32,000 nt of DNA from Erysipelotrichaceae bacterium (GTDB lineage: Bacteria > Bacillota_I > Bacilli_A > Erysipelotrichales > Erysipelotrichaceae), in contig OY760660.1 of NCBI GenBank assembly GCA_963663995.1, forward strand, positions 480,001 through 512,000, read 5' to 3'. The notes beneath the pieces were generated by a model. The model had not been told where the DNA came from, ran no database searches, and saw only the letters and a list, made by a program, of their open reading frames with translations. Below, one piece after another: positions 1 to 8,545 of the stretch. Each line of letters begins with the position of its first letter. The stretch's first letter is position 1. The translations under genes and the position numbers were made by a program.

Positions 1-121
1 TAACGCACAAAAAAATGCTACATTAGAAACAGGATTACAAATTAGAGTTCCATTATTCATTGAACAAGATGAAATTGTTACAGTAAGTACTTCAGACGGC
101 AAATACGCTGGTCGCGCTTAG
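1..121 (+). CDS. efp: Elongation factor P, C-terminal fragment (gene begins upstream of the window)
   Basis: The frame starting at nt 2 reads [39 protein letters not shown] with stop TAG at 119-121. This matches the conserved EF-P C-terminal OB-domain pattern (LETG..I.VP.FI......V.T..G.Y..RA). Confidence 0.85.
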   Translation, partial: NAQKNATLETGLQIRVPLFIEQDEIVTVSTSDGKYAGRA

Positions 122-124
122 TAC

Positions 125-153
125 TTGACATTCATTTCACAATCGATTATATT
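125..153 (+). promoter_or_regulatory. Sigma-A type promoter of the FMN-riboswitch/ribU unit
   Basis: TTGACA at 125-130, a 17-nt spacer, then TATATT at 148-153, immediately upstream of the riboswitch. Confidence 0.7.
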
Positions 154-160
154 GATAACG

Positions 161-318
161 TACTTCAGGGCAGGGTGAAATTCCCGACCGGCGGTTATAC
201 CCCGCGACCCACATTAGTGGTTGATCTGGTGAAACTCCAGGGGCGACAGTAAAGTCTGGATGGAAGAAGGAAAATCTTTTTTCTTACGCATAACCCAAGA
301 AGTACCTTGGGTTTTTTT
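161..318 (+). promoter_or_regulatory. FMN riboswitch (RFN element) with terminator expression platform
   Basis: Near-verbatim RFN core: CTTCAGGGCAGGGTGAAATTCCCGACCGGCGGT ... GGTTGATCTGGTGAAACTCCAGGGGCGACAGTAAAGTCTGGATGGAAGAAGG (161-270). P1 pairs CTTC with GAAG. It is followed by a terminator hairpin at 292-313 plus a T-run. Confidence 0.93.
292..318 (+). terminator. Rho-independent terminator (OFF state of the FMN riboswitch)
   Basis: The 8-bp stem AACCCAAG (292-299) / CTTGGGTT (306-313) has a 6-nt loop and runs into the T-run 312-318 (five T past the stem). Confidence 0.85.
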
Positions 319-338
319 ATGAAATGGAGGAAATAAAC

Positions 339-884
339 ATGAAAAACACCAAACAATTGTCTTTGATTGGAATTATGACTTCTTTAGCATTTGTCTTGTA
401 TTTAATTGAGATACCAATGGCATTTCTATTCCCAGCAGCACCATTCTTAAAAATGGACTTCTCAGATGTACCAGCTATATTACTAGCTTTGGCACAAGGT
501 CCAGTCGTAGGAATAATTGTTGAATTATTTAAAAATATTCTACATTTTATCTTTAGATCAAATACACCAGCTGCTTCTGGTGAGATCGCTAACTTCTTTG
601 CTGGTATTGCTTTCTTTCTACCATATGCAATTTTCTACAAATACAATAAGTCAAAAGCTAACATTAAACACTTATTTGTATACTTGAGCATTGGTACAGT
701 ATTACTCGTTTTAGTGATGGTTGCGGTAAACTATTTTATCACTCTACCATTGTATGGAATTCCAGTAGATCAACGTTGGGGTTTTATCAATGCGATTACT
801 CCATTTAATATCTTTAAAGGTGTTCTATTAACCTTATCTACTGCGCTTTTATACCCACGTTTAAAGAAATTTTTAAACGCTTAG
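339..884 (+). CDS. ribU: Riboflavin ECF-transporter S component RibU
   Basis: Multi-TM protein with the RibU/YpaA-like motif FLKMDFSDVPAILLALAQGP...ELFKN, directly behind an FMN riboswitch. Start moved to ATG 339 (MKNTKQL), which has GGAGG at 326-330. The ORF-track start at 324 lies inside that Shine-Dalgarno sequence. Confidence 0.88.
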   Translation: MKNTKQLSLIGIMTSLAFVLYLIEIPMAFLFPAAPFLKMDFSDVPAILLALAQGPVVGIIVELFKNILHFIFRSNTPAASGEIANFFAGIAFFLPYAIFYKYNKSKANIKHLFVYLSIGTVLLVLVMVAVNYFITLPLYGIPVDQRWGFINAITPFNIFKGVLLTLSTALLYPRLKKFLNA

Positions 885-908
885 TTCCGCTTCTTATTTT
901 CTAAGCTA

Positions 909-917
909 TGCTATAAT
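909..917 (+). promoter_or_regulatory. Extended -10 promoter element (TGcTATAAT)
   Basis: TGCTATAAT at 909-917, 15 nt upstream of ATG 933. The -35 region is weak (GCTTCT). GAGG at 924-927 serves as the Shine-Dalgarno sequence. Confidence 0.5.
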
Positions 918-932
918 ACTCTCGAGGTAGTT

Positions 933-1658
933 ATGGACGAATTATCAAGAGTTAAAAAGTATCAAGAACTTAGAAATGAAGTAGAAAACGATCCAGAAAA
1001 AGAGTTGGTTTCGCCAGCTCTTTCTTCTTATGCAGAACGTTTAAATAAAGTAAATCCGCATTTATCAAAAGTCCAAGTAAGACAGGGGCAATCAACTTAT
1101 GAAGCAATTCATAAAAAGCGTGATGATGCCTTCAGTCAAATTGAGGATTCAAGTAGTTTAGCACCTGATTTTAATGATGACTTTATGAGTGATTTTTTAT
1201 CAGAAGTTAAAGCATACAATATTGAAAAGGGATATCGTCAAAATGAAGATACATCTAAAGATATCCTTAAACCAATTAAAACAGCTGAAACGAAGGTTAA
1301 AGAAGATCTTTCTGTCAATAATGAAACTACTGAAAAAGTTGAACAAAAAGCTTTGGATATTACTTTAGAAGAGGATCAACAAGTTATTCGACAATTAATT
1401 GAAAATGACTTTGAAGACTTAGAATTTGAAGAATCAACAGAAGAAAATATTCAATCAACTTCAGATATTAAACTTGTAGTCGAAGAAACACAAAAGTTAA
1501 AACTACAAATTTCTGAATATGAAAAAGGTTTGATTGATATGAATAACTCAGTTTTATCATCTAATCGTCTGATTAACTTCTTAATTTTTGTTTTGGTTTT
1601 AGTGTTAATGATTATGTTGGGAATAGCGATTTACTGGGTTCTCTATAATGCGAATTAA
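933..1658 (+). CDS. Hypothetical acidic, C-terminally membrane-anchored protein
   Basis: 241-aa ORF. The roughly 210 N-terminal residues are strongly D/E/K-rich and look coil or disordered. A single hydrophobic helix LINFLIFVLVLVLMIMLGIAIYWVLY sits at the extreme C-terminus. The ORF overlaps the cmk start by 11 nt. I recognise no family. Confidence 0.6.
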   Translation: MDELSRVKKYQELRNEVENDPEKELVSPALSSYAERLNKVNPHLSKVQVRQGQSTYEAIHKKRDDAFSQIEDSSSLAPDFNDDFMSDFLSEVKAYNIEKGYRQNEDTSKDILKPIKTAETKVKEDLSVNNETTEKVEQKALDITLEEDQQVIRQLIENDFEDLEFEESTEENIQSTSDIKLVVEETQKLKLQISEYEKGLIDMNNSVLSSNRLINFLIFVLVLVLMIMLGIAIYWVLYNAN

Positions 1659-2319
1659 TATAGCAATCGATGGACCAAGTGCTTCAGGGAAAAGTACTTT
1701 AGCAAAAGCTTTGGCGAAACGTCTTAACTACACACATATAGATACAGGTGCGATGTATCGTGCTTGTGCTTTAATCGCGCAAAGAAATCAAATTGATATT
1801 ATGGATGATGAATTGTTATTGAAACATATTGAAAAAGTAAATATGTCATTCAATGATCATGGTCACATCACAATTGATGGTGAAGATGTTAATGATCAAA
1901 TACGTACTAAAACGATCGATATTTTAACATCTAAAGTATCTACTTTAGAAAAGATTAGACAAAAAATGGTTGAATATCAACAAAGTATAGCCAAAGATAA
2001 AGGCTATGTTTTAGATGGAAGAGATATTGGTTCAGTTGTTTTGCCAGGTGCTGAAATCAAAGTTTTTCAAACAGCTAGTATTGAAGCACGTGCGCAAAGA
2101 CGCTTTGCTGAATATCAAAAAAAAGGGCAAAACGTTGATTTAAATGAAATTAGAAAAGATATTGCTGAAAGAGATGAAAGAGATCAAGCACGGGCTTCTT
2201 CACCTTTAATTAAAACAGCAGATGCGATAGATTTAGATACTTCACATCTCTCTATTGAAGAGATGGTAGAAATTATCTATGAACATGTTATTAAACTTGA
2301 GAAAGGAAAAAACCTATGA
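1648..2319 (+). CDS. cmk: Cytidylate kinase
   Basis: P-loop IAIDGPSASGKST, HIDTGAMYR and GRDIG motifs typical of Cmk. 223 aa. Confidence 0.93.
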   Translation: MRINIAIDGPSASGKSTLAKALAKRLNYTHIDTGAMYRACALIAQRNQIDIMDDELLLKHIEKVNMSFNDHGHITIDGEDVNDQIRTKTIDILTSKVSTLEKIRQKMVEYQQSIAKDKGYVLDGRDIGSVVLPGAEIKVFQTASIEARAQRRFAEYQKKGQNVDLNEIRKDIAERDERDQARASSPLIKTADAIDLDTSHLSIEEMVEIIYEHVIKLEKGKNL

Positions 2320-3626
2320 TTGATGGAGTTGTCGCGATTGTTGGAAGACCTAACGTTGGAAAATCAACGCTTTTTAATCGTATTGTAGGGGAAAGAATTT
2401 CGATTGTTGAAGATACCCCTGGTGTTACGCGTGATCGTATTTATGCGAAAGCAAATTGGTTAACAAAGGATTTTAGAGTGATTGATACAGGCGGTTTGCA
2501 ACTTGAAGATCAAAATTTTCAAGAAGAAATTGCAATGCAGGTAGATGTTGCTATAGAAGAGGCGGATGTCATTGTTTTTGTCGTTAGTGGACGTGAAGGT
2601 CTAACGAATGATGATCGAATGATCGCAAAAATGTTACACAAAACAAAAAAACCTGTTTTATGTGCTGTTAATAAAACAGATAATGCAGAACAAGTCGTAA
2701 ATAGTTATGAATTTTATGGACTAGGTTTTGATGAGCTTATAACCGTTTCTAGTGTTCATGGCATTGGTGTTGGTGATTTATTAGATAAAGTCATTGAAAA
2801 CTTCCCACAAAAAACTAAAAAAGATTATGAAGGAAGTATTCGTTTTTCCGTTATTGGACGTCCTAATGTTGGAAAATCATCATTAGTAAACTCTATTTTG
2901 AATCAAGAAAGAGTTATTGTTTCTGATATTGAAGGGACGACACGAGACGCCATTGACAGTGTTTTTAAAGTCGATGGTCAAGATTACGTCATTATTGATA
3001 CAGCTGGTATACGTAAACGCGGTAAAGTCTATGAAAACATCGAAAAATACAGTGTTTTAAGAGCTTTGCAAGCGATTGAGCGCAGCGATGTGGTTTTATT
3101 TGTCATTGATGGAGAAAGCGGTATACGCGATCAAGATAAGCATGTCGCAGGTTATGCTTATGAAGCCGGTAAACCAATTATCATTCTTTATAATAAGTGG
3201 GATACCGTTGAAAAAGATCAAGATAGTGCAGCTCAAGTAACGAAGCTTATTCGTAAACAATTTGTTTACTTATCATTTGCACCAATTTTATTTGTCTCTG
3301 CATTAACAAAACAACGATTAACACAAATACTACCTTTGGTTAAAGAAGTTTATGATTATTCACAAATGCGTATTCAAACAAGCGTATTGAATGAAGTAAT
3401 TAGTGATGCTGTTCGTATTACACCACCACCTAACCACAATGGTCAGCGCTTGAACATTTTGTATGCTTCACAAGTTTCAATTGCTCCACCAACATTTATT
3501 CTTTTTGTAAATGATGTTAATTTACTACATTTTTCCTATAAACGTTATATTGAGAACCGTTTAAGAGAAGCTTTTGGCTTTGAAGGGACACCAATTCGCA
3601 TACTTTCACGAACAAAAGAGGTATAG
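2316..3626 (+). CDS. der: Ribosome-associated GTPase Der/EngA
   Basis: Two tandem GTPase domains (GRPNVGKST...DTGG and GRPNVGKSS...DTAG...NKWD) followed by a KH-like C-terminal domain. ATGA overlap with cmk. Confidence 0.95.
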   Translation: MIDGVVAIVGRPNVGKSTLFNRIVGERISIVEDTPGVTRDRIYAKANWLTKDFRVIDTGGLQLEDQNFQEEIAMQVDVAIEEADVIVFVVSGREGLTNDDRMIAKMLHKTKKPVLCAVNKTDNAEQVVNSYEFYGLGFDELITVSSVHGIGVGDLLDKVIENFPQKTKKDYEGSIRFSVIGRPNVGKSSLVNSILNQERVIVSDIEGTTRDAIDSVFKVDGQDYVIIDTAGIRKRGKVYENIEKYSVLRALQAIERSDVVLFVIDGESGIRDQDKHVAGYAYEAGKPIIILYNKWDTVEKDQDSAAQVTKLIRKQFVYLSFAPILFVSALTKQRLTQILPLVKEVYDYSQMRIQTSVLNEVISDAVRITPPPNHNGQRLNILYASQVSIAPPTFILFVNDVNLLHFSYKRYIENRLREAFGFEGTPIRILSRTKEV

Positions 3627-3628
3627 AT

Positions 3629-4627
3629 ATGAAAACAACCATTATTGGTAGTGGATCTTGGGGGACAGGCTTAGCGCAAGTTTTAGCTGATAATCAAGAA
3701 GACGTTACTATTTGGGGGCGTAATGTCGATGAACTCGTCGACATATCTAAATATCATAAAAACGAGAAATACTTTCCAGGTGTTTCTTTGAATGAAAACA
3801 TTAAAGTTACACAAGATTTTGAAACAGCTGTTGATGCAGATGTGCTTATTTTAGCCATTCCATCAAATGCAATCGATGAAATAAGTCAGTTGATTAATAA
3901 ATTGGTTAAAAAACCAGTTATAATTGTAAGCACAGCGAAAGGTTACCACCCAATTAGCCATAAACGATTATCCATTGTCATTGAAGAAAACATTGATGTT
4001 AGTAAACGTAAAGGCATTGTTTCGCTGATTGGTCCATCACATGCTGAAGAAGTTGTCTTAAGACAATTAACAGCGATTAATGCTGTTAGTGATAATGAAG
4101 ACTGTGCACGCAGTATTCAACATCTGTTTTCAAACAACTACTTTAGAGTCTATCGCTCAACCGATGTGATTGGATCAGAAATAGGGGTAGCCAATAAGAA
4201 TATCATTGCGATAGCCAGTGGTATCTTATCAGGATTAGGTTTTGGCGATAACGCTAGAGCAGCGCTTATCACTAGAGGAATAGCTGAAATAACACGTTAT
4301 GGCTTATATTTTGGGGCAAAAGCTGAAACATTCTTAGGCTTAACTGGAATTGGTGACTTAGTTGTCACATGTACTAGTACTCATTCACGCAACTTCCAAG
4401 CTGGTTTAATCATTGGCCAGCAAGATGGTGTAAATAACTTTCTTGAAAATACAACAAAGACAATTGAAGGTGTTCGAGCCTGCAAAATTGTCCATGAAGA
4501 AGCGCTTAAACAAAATATTAGTATGCCGATTACGGAAGCTGTTTATAAAGTCCTTTTCGAAGGCGCAAAACCTAGTGAAGTTTCACAGGATTTAATGCTT
4601 AGAGATCTCAAATCTGAATCAATCTAG
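3629..4627 (+). CDS. gpsA: NAD(P)H-dependent glycerol-3-phosphate dehydrogenase
   Basis: N-terminal GSGSWGT Rossmann motif and conserved GPSHAEEV, NKNIIA and GDLVVTCTS blocks. Conserved der-gpsA adjacency. Confidence 0.93.
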   Translation: MKTTIIGSGSWGTGLAQVLADNQEDVTIWGRNVDELVDISKYHKNEKYFPGVSLNENIKVTQDFETAVDADVLILAIPSNAIDEISQLINKLVKKPVIIVSTAKGYHPISHKRLSIVIEENIDVSKRKGIVSLIGPSHAEEVVLRQLTAINAVSDNEDCARSIQHLFSNNYFRVYRSTDVIGSEIGVANKNIIAIASGILSGLGFGDNARAALITRGIAEITRYGLYFGAKAETFLGLTGIGDLVVTCTSTHSRNFQAGLIIGQQDGVNNFLENTTKTIEGVRACKIVHEEALKQNISMPITEAVYKVLFEGAKPSEVSQDLMLRDLKSESI

Positions 4628-4642
4628 GTACTATTATCACTG

Positions 4643-4676
4643 TTGAAATCTATATTTACTCGTGCTATTGTAAAAT
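4643..4676 (+). promoter_or_regulatory. Candidate hup promoter
   Basis: TTGAAA at 4643-4648, a 17-nt spacer, then TATTGT at 4666-4671. An alternative TGTAAAAT lies at 4669-4676. GGAGG Shine-Dalgarno sequence at 4681-4685. Confidence 0.45.
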
Positions 4677-4694
4677 CAATGGAGGAATACTCAA

Positions 4695-4979
4695 ATGAAC
4701 GAAGTATTAAACAAAAAAGCACTTGCTGAAAAATTAGCAGAAGCACACAATCTTACAAAGAAAGAAGCAGCTGAAATTGTTGAACTCGTTTTTGATTCTG
4801 TAAAATCAGAACTCAGTAACGGTGGGAAAGTAGATATTGCTGGTTTCGGAAAATTCGAAGTAAAAGTACGTAATGCACGTACAGGTGTTAATCCTGCAAC
4901 TGGTGAAAAAATCCAAGTTCCAGCAAGTAAAGTTCCAGCTTTTAAAGCATCAAAAGCATTAAAAGAATCCGTTAAATAA
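4695..4979 (+). CDS. hup: DNA-binding protein HU
   Basis: 94 aa containing GFGKFEVKVRNARTGVNPATGEKIQVPASKVPAFKASKALKE, the canonical HU/IHF arm. Confidence 0.95.
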   Translation: MNEVLNKKALAEKLAEAHNLTKKEAAEIVELVFDSVKSELSNGGKVDIAGFGKFEVKVRNARTGVNPATGEKIQVPASKVPAFKASKALKESVK

Positions 4980-4995
4980 TCAAGACAAGATTTGA

Positions 4996-5664
4996 ATGGA
5001 AAACATACTTTATTTACTCGCAATTGCCCTCGTTATGTGGGCACAATATGCAGTCAAAGGAAAGTATAACCATTTCTCACAAGTCGCAACACATAACCGC
5101 AAAAGTGGCGCAGAGGTAGCACGAGACATCTTACGCTCAAAAGGTTTAGCGGATGTTGAGGTCTTGATGAGTAAAAATGTCATGTTAAGTGATCACTTTG
5201 ATCCTAAAAACAATACGGTTAACTTATCACCTAAGGTGTATAACGAAAGTAGTATTGCTTCAGTTGCTGTTGCAGCACATGAAGTAGGACATGCAATTCA
5301 GTATGCAGAAAACTATGGTTTTATTGGTTTAAGAAATACCTTACTACCACTAACAATCGTTTCCGGAAATTTTGGATGGATTATTGCCATTATGGGTTTA
5401 GTCTTTTCATCCACTGGATTGTTTTACACAGGGATTGCCATGATATTGGTTATTGCTCTTTTTCAAACTGTAACGCTTCCGATTGAATTTGACGCTTCTA
5501 AGCGTGCTTTAGCAATTCTTGGTAGTGAAGGCTATTTAGATACTGACGAAGTATCTGATGCTAAATCAATGTTATCTGCTGCTGCTTTGACTTATGTCGC
5601 TGCACTCATGGCAACGTTGATGCAATTATTAAGATTAATTATGCTTTCCAATCGAAGACGTTAA
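4996..5664 (+). CDS. Membrane zinc metallopeptidase, YugP / Zn_peptidase_2 family
   Basis: HEVGHAIQ (HExxH) motif, an N-terminal TM helix and C-terminal TM helices. Length and layout match the 'putative neutral zinc metallopeptidase' family. Confidence 0.8.
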   Translation: MENILYLLAIALVMWAQYAVKGKYNHFSQVATHNRKSGAEVARDILRSKGLADVEVLMSKNVMLSDHFDPKNNTVNLSPKVYNESSIASVAVAAHEVGHAIQYAENYGFIGLRNTLLPLTIVSGNFGWIIAIMGLVFSSTGLFYTGIAMILVIALFQTVTLPIEFDASKRALAILGSEGYLDTDEVSDAKSMLSAAALTYVAALMATLMQLLRLIMLSNRRR

Positions 5665-5707
5665 AAATTAGTTTAGGAAATACTCTTATTAGCTCATACA
5701 GTTAAGT

Positions 5708-6100
5708 ATGGGCTTTTTTAATGCTTTAGGACAAGAATTACATATTCTACAAACATATCCTTGTAAAACGCAAGAAGTCTTTGTTATGGGCTTAAAAGAC
5801 GGACAAAAATTAATATCTTATGAGCCATTTATAATTTTTAATGAAAATGCTTTGGCAGTAGGCTTAGATAATAGTTTTCATCAATTTTATTTACTGGATC
5901 ACAAGGGAAATACTTTAAACACGATTACTTTGAAATGGAATGATCAATGCTTAGATTTAAAGAATCAACTCATCGAAGAAAATAATAGTTTCTATAACAG
6001 TTTTAGTTATGAAATAAAAGATTTAATAATCCCATCTAGTCTATTATTCATACTTTTTATATTCATCGTAAAGAAGGTAATCAATGCAAAAACTCACTAA
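5708..6100 (+). CDS. Hypothetical small protein with C-terminal TM anchor
   Basis: 130-aa ORF with the hydrophobic tail IIPSSLLFILFIFIVKKV. It has no recognisable Shine-Dalgarno sequence and no recognisable family. It overlaps the next ORF by 17 nt. Confidence 0.45.
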   Translation: MGFFNALGQELHILQTYPCKTQEVFVMGLKDGQKLISYEPFIIFNENALAVGLDNSFHQFYLLDHKGNTLNTITLKWNDQCLDLKNQLIEENNSFYNSFSYEIKDLIIPSSLLFILFIFIVKKVINAKTH

Positions 6101-7574
6101 AGTATTGTTTCCGTGGCTTATTCTAGGATTATTTATTCCATTTACATTATCCGTTAAAGCTGAAACAACAGTATCTAAAGCTCAATTACCCTATGAAGTT
6201 TTGAGCATAAATGTAGAAGGGGATAATTTGCATATTAGTGGGTGGGCACTTGCTGCCTATGTTCAACACTTTGATACTTCATCTGATCATGGTGTGGATA
6301 TTGAATTTGTTTCATCCATCGATAACTTCAGAATTTCAGCTTATGGAAACGGAATATCTCAAACAAAAACAATGGAATATTTTGGCTCACCTACTTGTAC
6401 TTATAATTTGTACTTTAGAAGTGCTGAAATATGTAATTACCACTATGATGATGTTGGTTTTGATGCATATATACCACTATCAAAATTTAAAACTGGTACA
6501 ATTTATCAAACAAACATTATTGTTCATGCTTATAATGCAGGAGTCAGCTATAAAACACCTTTGTATTTTCCTTTAAAAAACGATTTAATATTAACTAAAA
6601 ATAGTAAAGAATTTAAAATAATATCACGTCTTGATGACACCAATCTAACTGTCAGTGCAACAACTGTCTTAGCTAGGAAAGAACCCTATAAAACTGCACC
6701 AACTTGGTATTTAGGTTTTAATTGTTCGACAACTTATCGAAATCAATTGTATTTCTTAAAAGACACAGTTTATCGTAATGTATTTGATAAAGTAGTTTCT
6801 GATAATACGTCTTTTTATCAAGTCAGTGCTAACTTATTTATTTGTTCAAATAATCGTAGGCGTATCGTTGAAGGTAGTCAAATAACGCCTGTTTGGATTG
6901 CTAGTCCTTATGTTTTATATAGTGGATCTCCTTTACAAATACAAGTAACTCAACTTAATATTGCGCCAACACTGACCGTGCATAATACTGAGATTTATGA
7001 AGGAGATAGCTTTAATTATCGTAATTTTATTAATGCCAATGATCCAGAAGATGGAAATATAACTGATAAAATTATCCTATTATCGACTAACTTTAGCTCA
7101 GCAATAGGCAATTATTATTATGATTTAAAAGTCTGTGATTCAGCTGGAGCTTGTGTAACAAATCGCTTATGGGTGCTTGTTAAAGAGATTCCTAATAATT
7201 TACCTGAAATATATGCCAACGACATTGAATTATTAATTAATTCTACTTTCAATCCATTAGATCATGTCAGTGCTTTTGATGTTGAAGATGGAAATCTTAG
7301 CAATTCAATAAATACGATAAATTACGTTGATACAGCTGTACTTGGTATACAACAACAATGTTATGAAGTATATGATTCAAAAGGTGCAAGAACTGAAAAA
7401 TGTATTAATGTAAATGTTATTGATTACACAACATATGCAAATAAATTTCGATTTATATCTAAAAACTATCTCTTTTACCAAGAAGAAATACCAATGAATT
7501 GGATTACTCATATCCATGCATTATCAGATGCCTTAAATAGTACAGGTTATATCTATAAGTTTGTAATAGAATAA
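6084..7574 (+). CDS. Secreted Cys-rich protein with two tandem Ig-like (DUF5011-like) repeats
   Basis: Signal peptide MQKLTKVLFPWLILGLFIPFTLSVKA/ET. Two homologous modules of about 70 aa (nt 6969-7418) carry the A.D.EDGN(I/L)(T/S) motif (NANDPEDGNITDKI and SAFDVEDGNLSNSI). Cysteines occur in pairs throughout. AGAAGG Shine-Dalgarno sequence upstream of ATG 6084. Confidence 0.75.
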   Translation: MQKLTKVLFPWLILGLFIPFTLSVKAETTVSKAQLPYEVLSINVEGDNLHISGWALAAYVQHFDTSSDHGVDIEFVSSIDNFRISAYGNGISQTKTMEYFGSPTCTYNLYFRSAEICNYHYDDVGFDAYIPLSKFKTGTIYQTNIIVHAYNAGVSYKTPLYFPLKNDLILTKNSKEFKIISRLDDTNLTVSATTVLARKEPYKTAPTWYLGFNCSTTYRNQLYFLKDTVYRNVFDKVVSDNTSFYQVSANLFICSNNRRRIVEGSQITPVWIASPYVLYSGSPLQIQVTQLNIAPTLTVHNTEIYEGDSFNYRNFINANDPEDGNITDKIILLSTNFSSAIGNYYYDLKVCDSAGACVTNRLWVLVKEIPNNLPEIYANDIELLINSTFNPLDHVSAFDVEDGNLSNSINTINYVDTAVLGIQQQCYEVYDSKGARTEKCINVNVIDYTTYANKFRFISKNYLFYQEEIPMNWITHIHALSDALNSTGYIYKFVIE

Positions 7575-7604
7575 ATATGAAGGTAATAAATATAGTCGAT
7601 AACA

Positions 7605-8407
7605 ATGAATAAATTAAATCTACCCTCAAAACCATACGAAATCATCACAACTATAGATATGTGGACTGATCCTTATATCTCTTTGCAAATGTTGAAACAT
7701 CATTTAGATTTAACAAATGATATCGCAAGTAGAAGAGGGGAAGTTATTAAGAAAACGACAGATTTTATTAGTTCTTACTTAAGAAATGGTGATCTGATCT
7801 GTGATTTTGGTTGTGGACCTGGCTTATATGCGAGTCTGCTGCAGAAAAAAGGTTTCAATGTAATTGGATGTGATGTATCAAAATCATCATTAGAATATGC
7901 TAAAAAACAAAACAAATCGATTGATTATCGAGAATTTAACTATATAAATGACCAATTAGATATTCAAATTGACGCTGCAATGATGATTTATCTTGATTTT
8001 GGTGCTCTATCAGAGAAATCACAATGTAAATTCTTACATTTATTACATAACACATTAAAGGAAAATGGATTATTCTTTTTTGATGTGTGTGATTTGAAGG
8101 AATTTGATCATATTACAGAGTTTAAAAACGAAGAAACTGAATATGATGGTTTTATATGAATGGTAAAGCTCATATAACAAATATGAGAAAAAAATATGAG
8201 TTAGATCACGTTGTATTGAATTACCATAAAGCCATTGGTCATAAAGCACTTGAATTTTATAATTGGGATAAATATTATTTAAAAGAAGAAATTGAAAATT
8301 CATTAAATAAAAATGGTTTTAAAATAATTGATATATACTCAGATACGATTGGAAACAAAGATTTTAAAGCTAATAAAACAATGTTTATCATTTGTCAGAA
8401 GATCTAA
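7605..8407 (+). pseudogene. Class I SAM-dependent methyltransferase interrupted by a 1-nt frameshift
   Basis: ORFs 7605-8159 and 8156-8407 are the N- and C-terminal parts of one roughly 267-aa methyltransferase (motif I LICDFGCGPGLY). The second frame is open from 8147. Adding one T to the T4 run at 8150-8153 restores GAT GGT TTT TAT ATG AAT GGT (DGFYMNG). Confidence 0.7.
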
Positions 8408-8545
8408 CTATAAATCAACATATTAATGAGAACATTATACTGCGTATAATGTATATTATGTAAGTTATATATGACATGAAAATTATATCAAAAGAAGTAA
8501 AGACCCCTTTTAAAGTTAGTGTACAATATTGTTAATGAGGAATTT

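Noticed and set aside
324-338. Upstream in-frame ATG starts given by the ORF track. These affect ribU (324), the SBP (18401), ylxR (28048), rimP (30230), the Zn-ribbon gene (GTG 8519) and asp23 (TTG 17576).
   Set aside because: In each case a downstream ATG has a properly spaced GGAGG-type Shine-Dalgarno sequence (asp23 has instead a promoter placement consistent with a leaderless ATG). The extensions overlap the Shine-Dalgarno sequence itself (ATGGAGGAA), a terminator, a promoter with hairpin, or the upstream gene.
4691-5023. 110-aa ORF antisense to hup
   Set aside because: It is an exact shadow of the highly conserved HU gene on the opposite strand. It has no Shine-Dalgarno sequence and its composition is that of an antisense frame.
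6238-6576. 112-aa ORF nested in another frame of the secreted-protein gene
   Set aside because: It lies wholly inside the longer ORF, which has a signal peptide and repeat structure. Its product is an odd hydrophobic, low-complexity sequence with no independent start signals.
7575-7604. Direct repeat ATAAATAT x2 between the secreted-protein gene and the methyltransferase
   Set aside because: An 8-nt AT-only repeat in AT-rich spacer DNA is expected by chance.
8070-8303. 77-aa minus-strand ORF spanning the methyltransferase frameshift site
   Set aside because: It is antisense to both methyltransferase fragments. AT-rich DNA yields long open antisense frames by chance, and it has no Shine-Dalgarno sequence.
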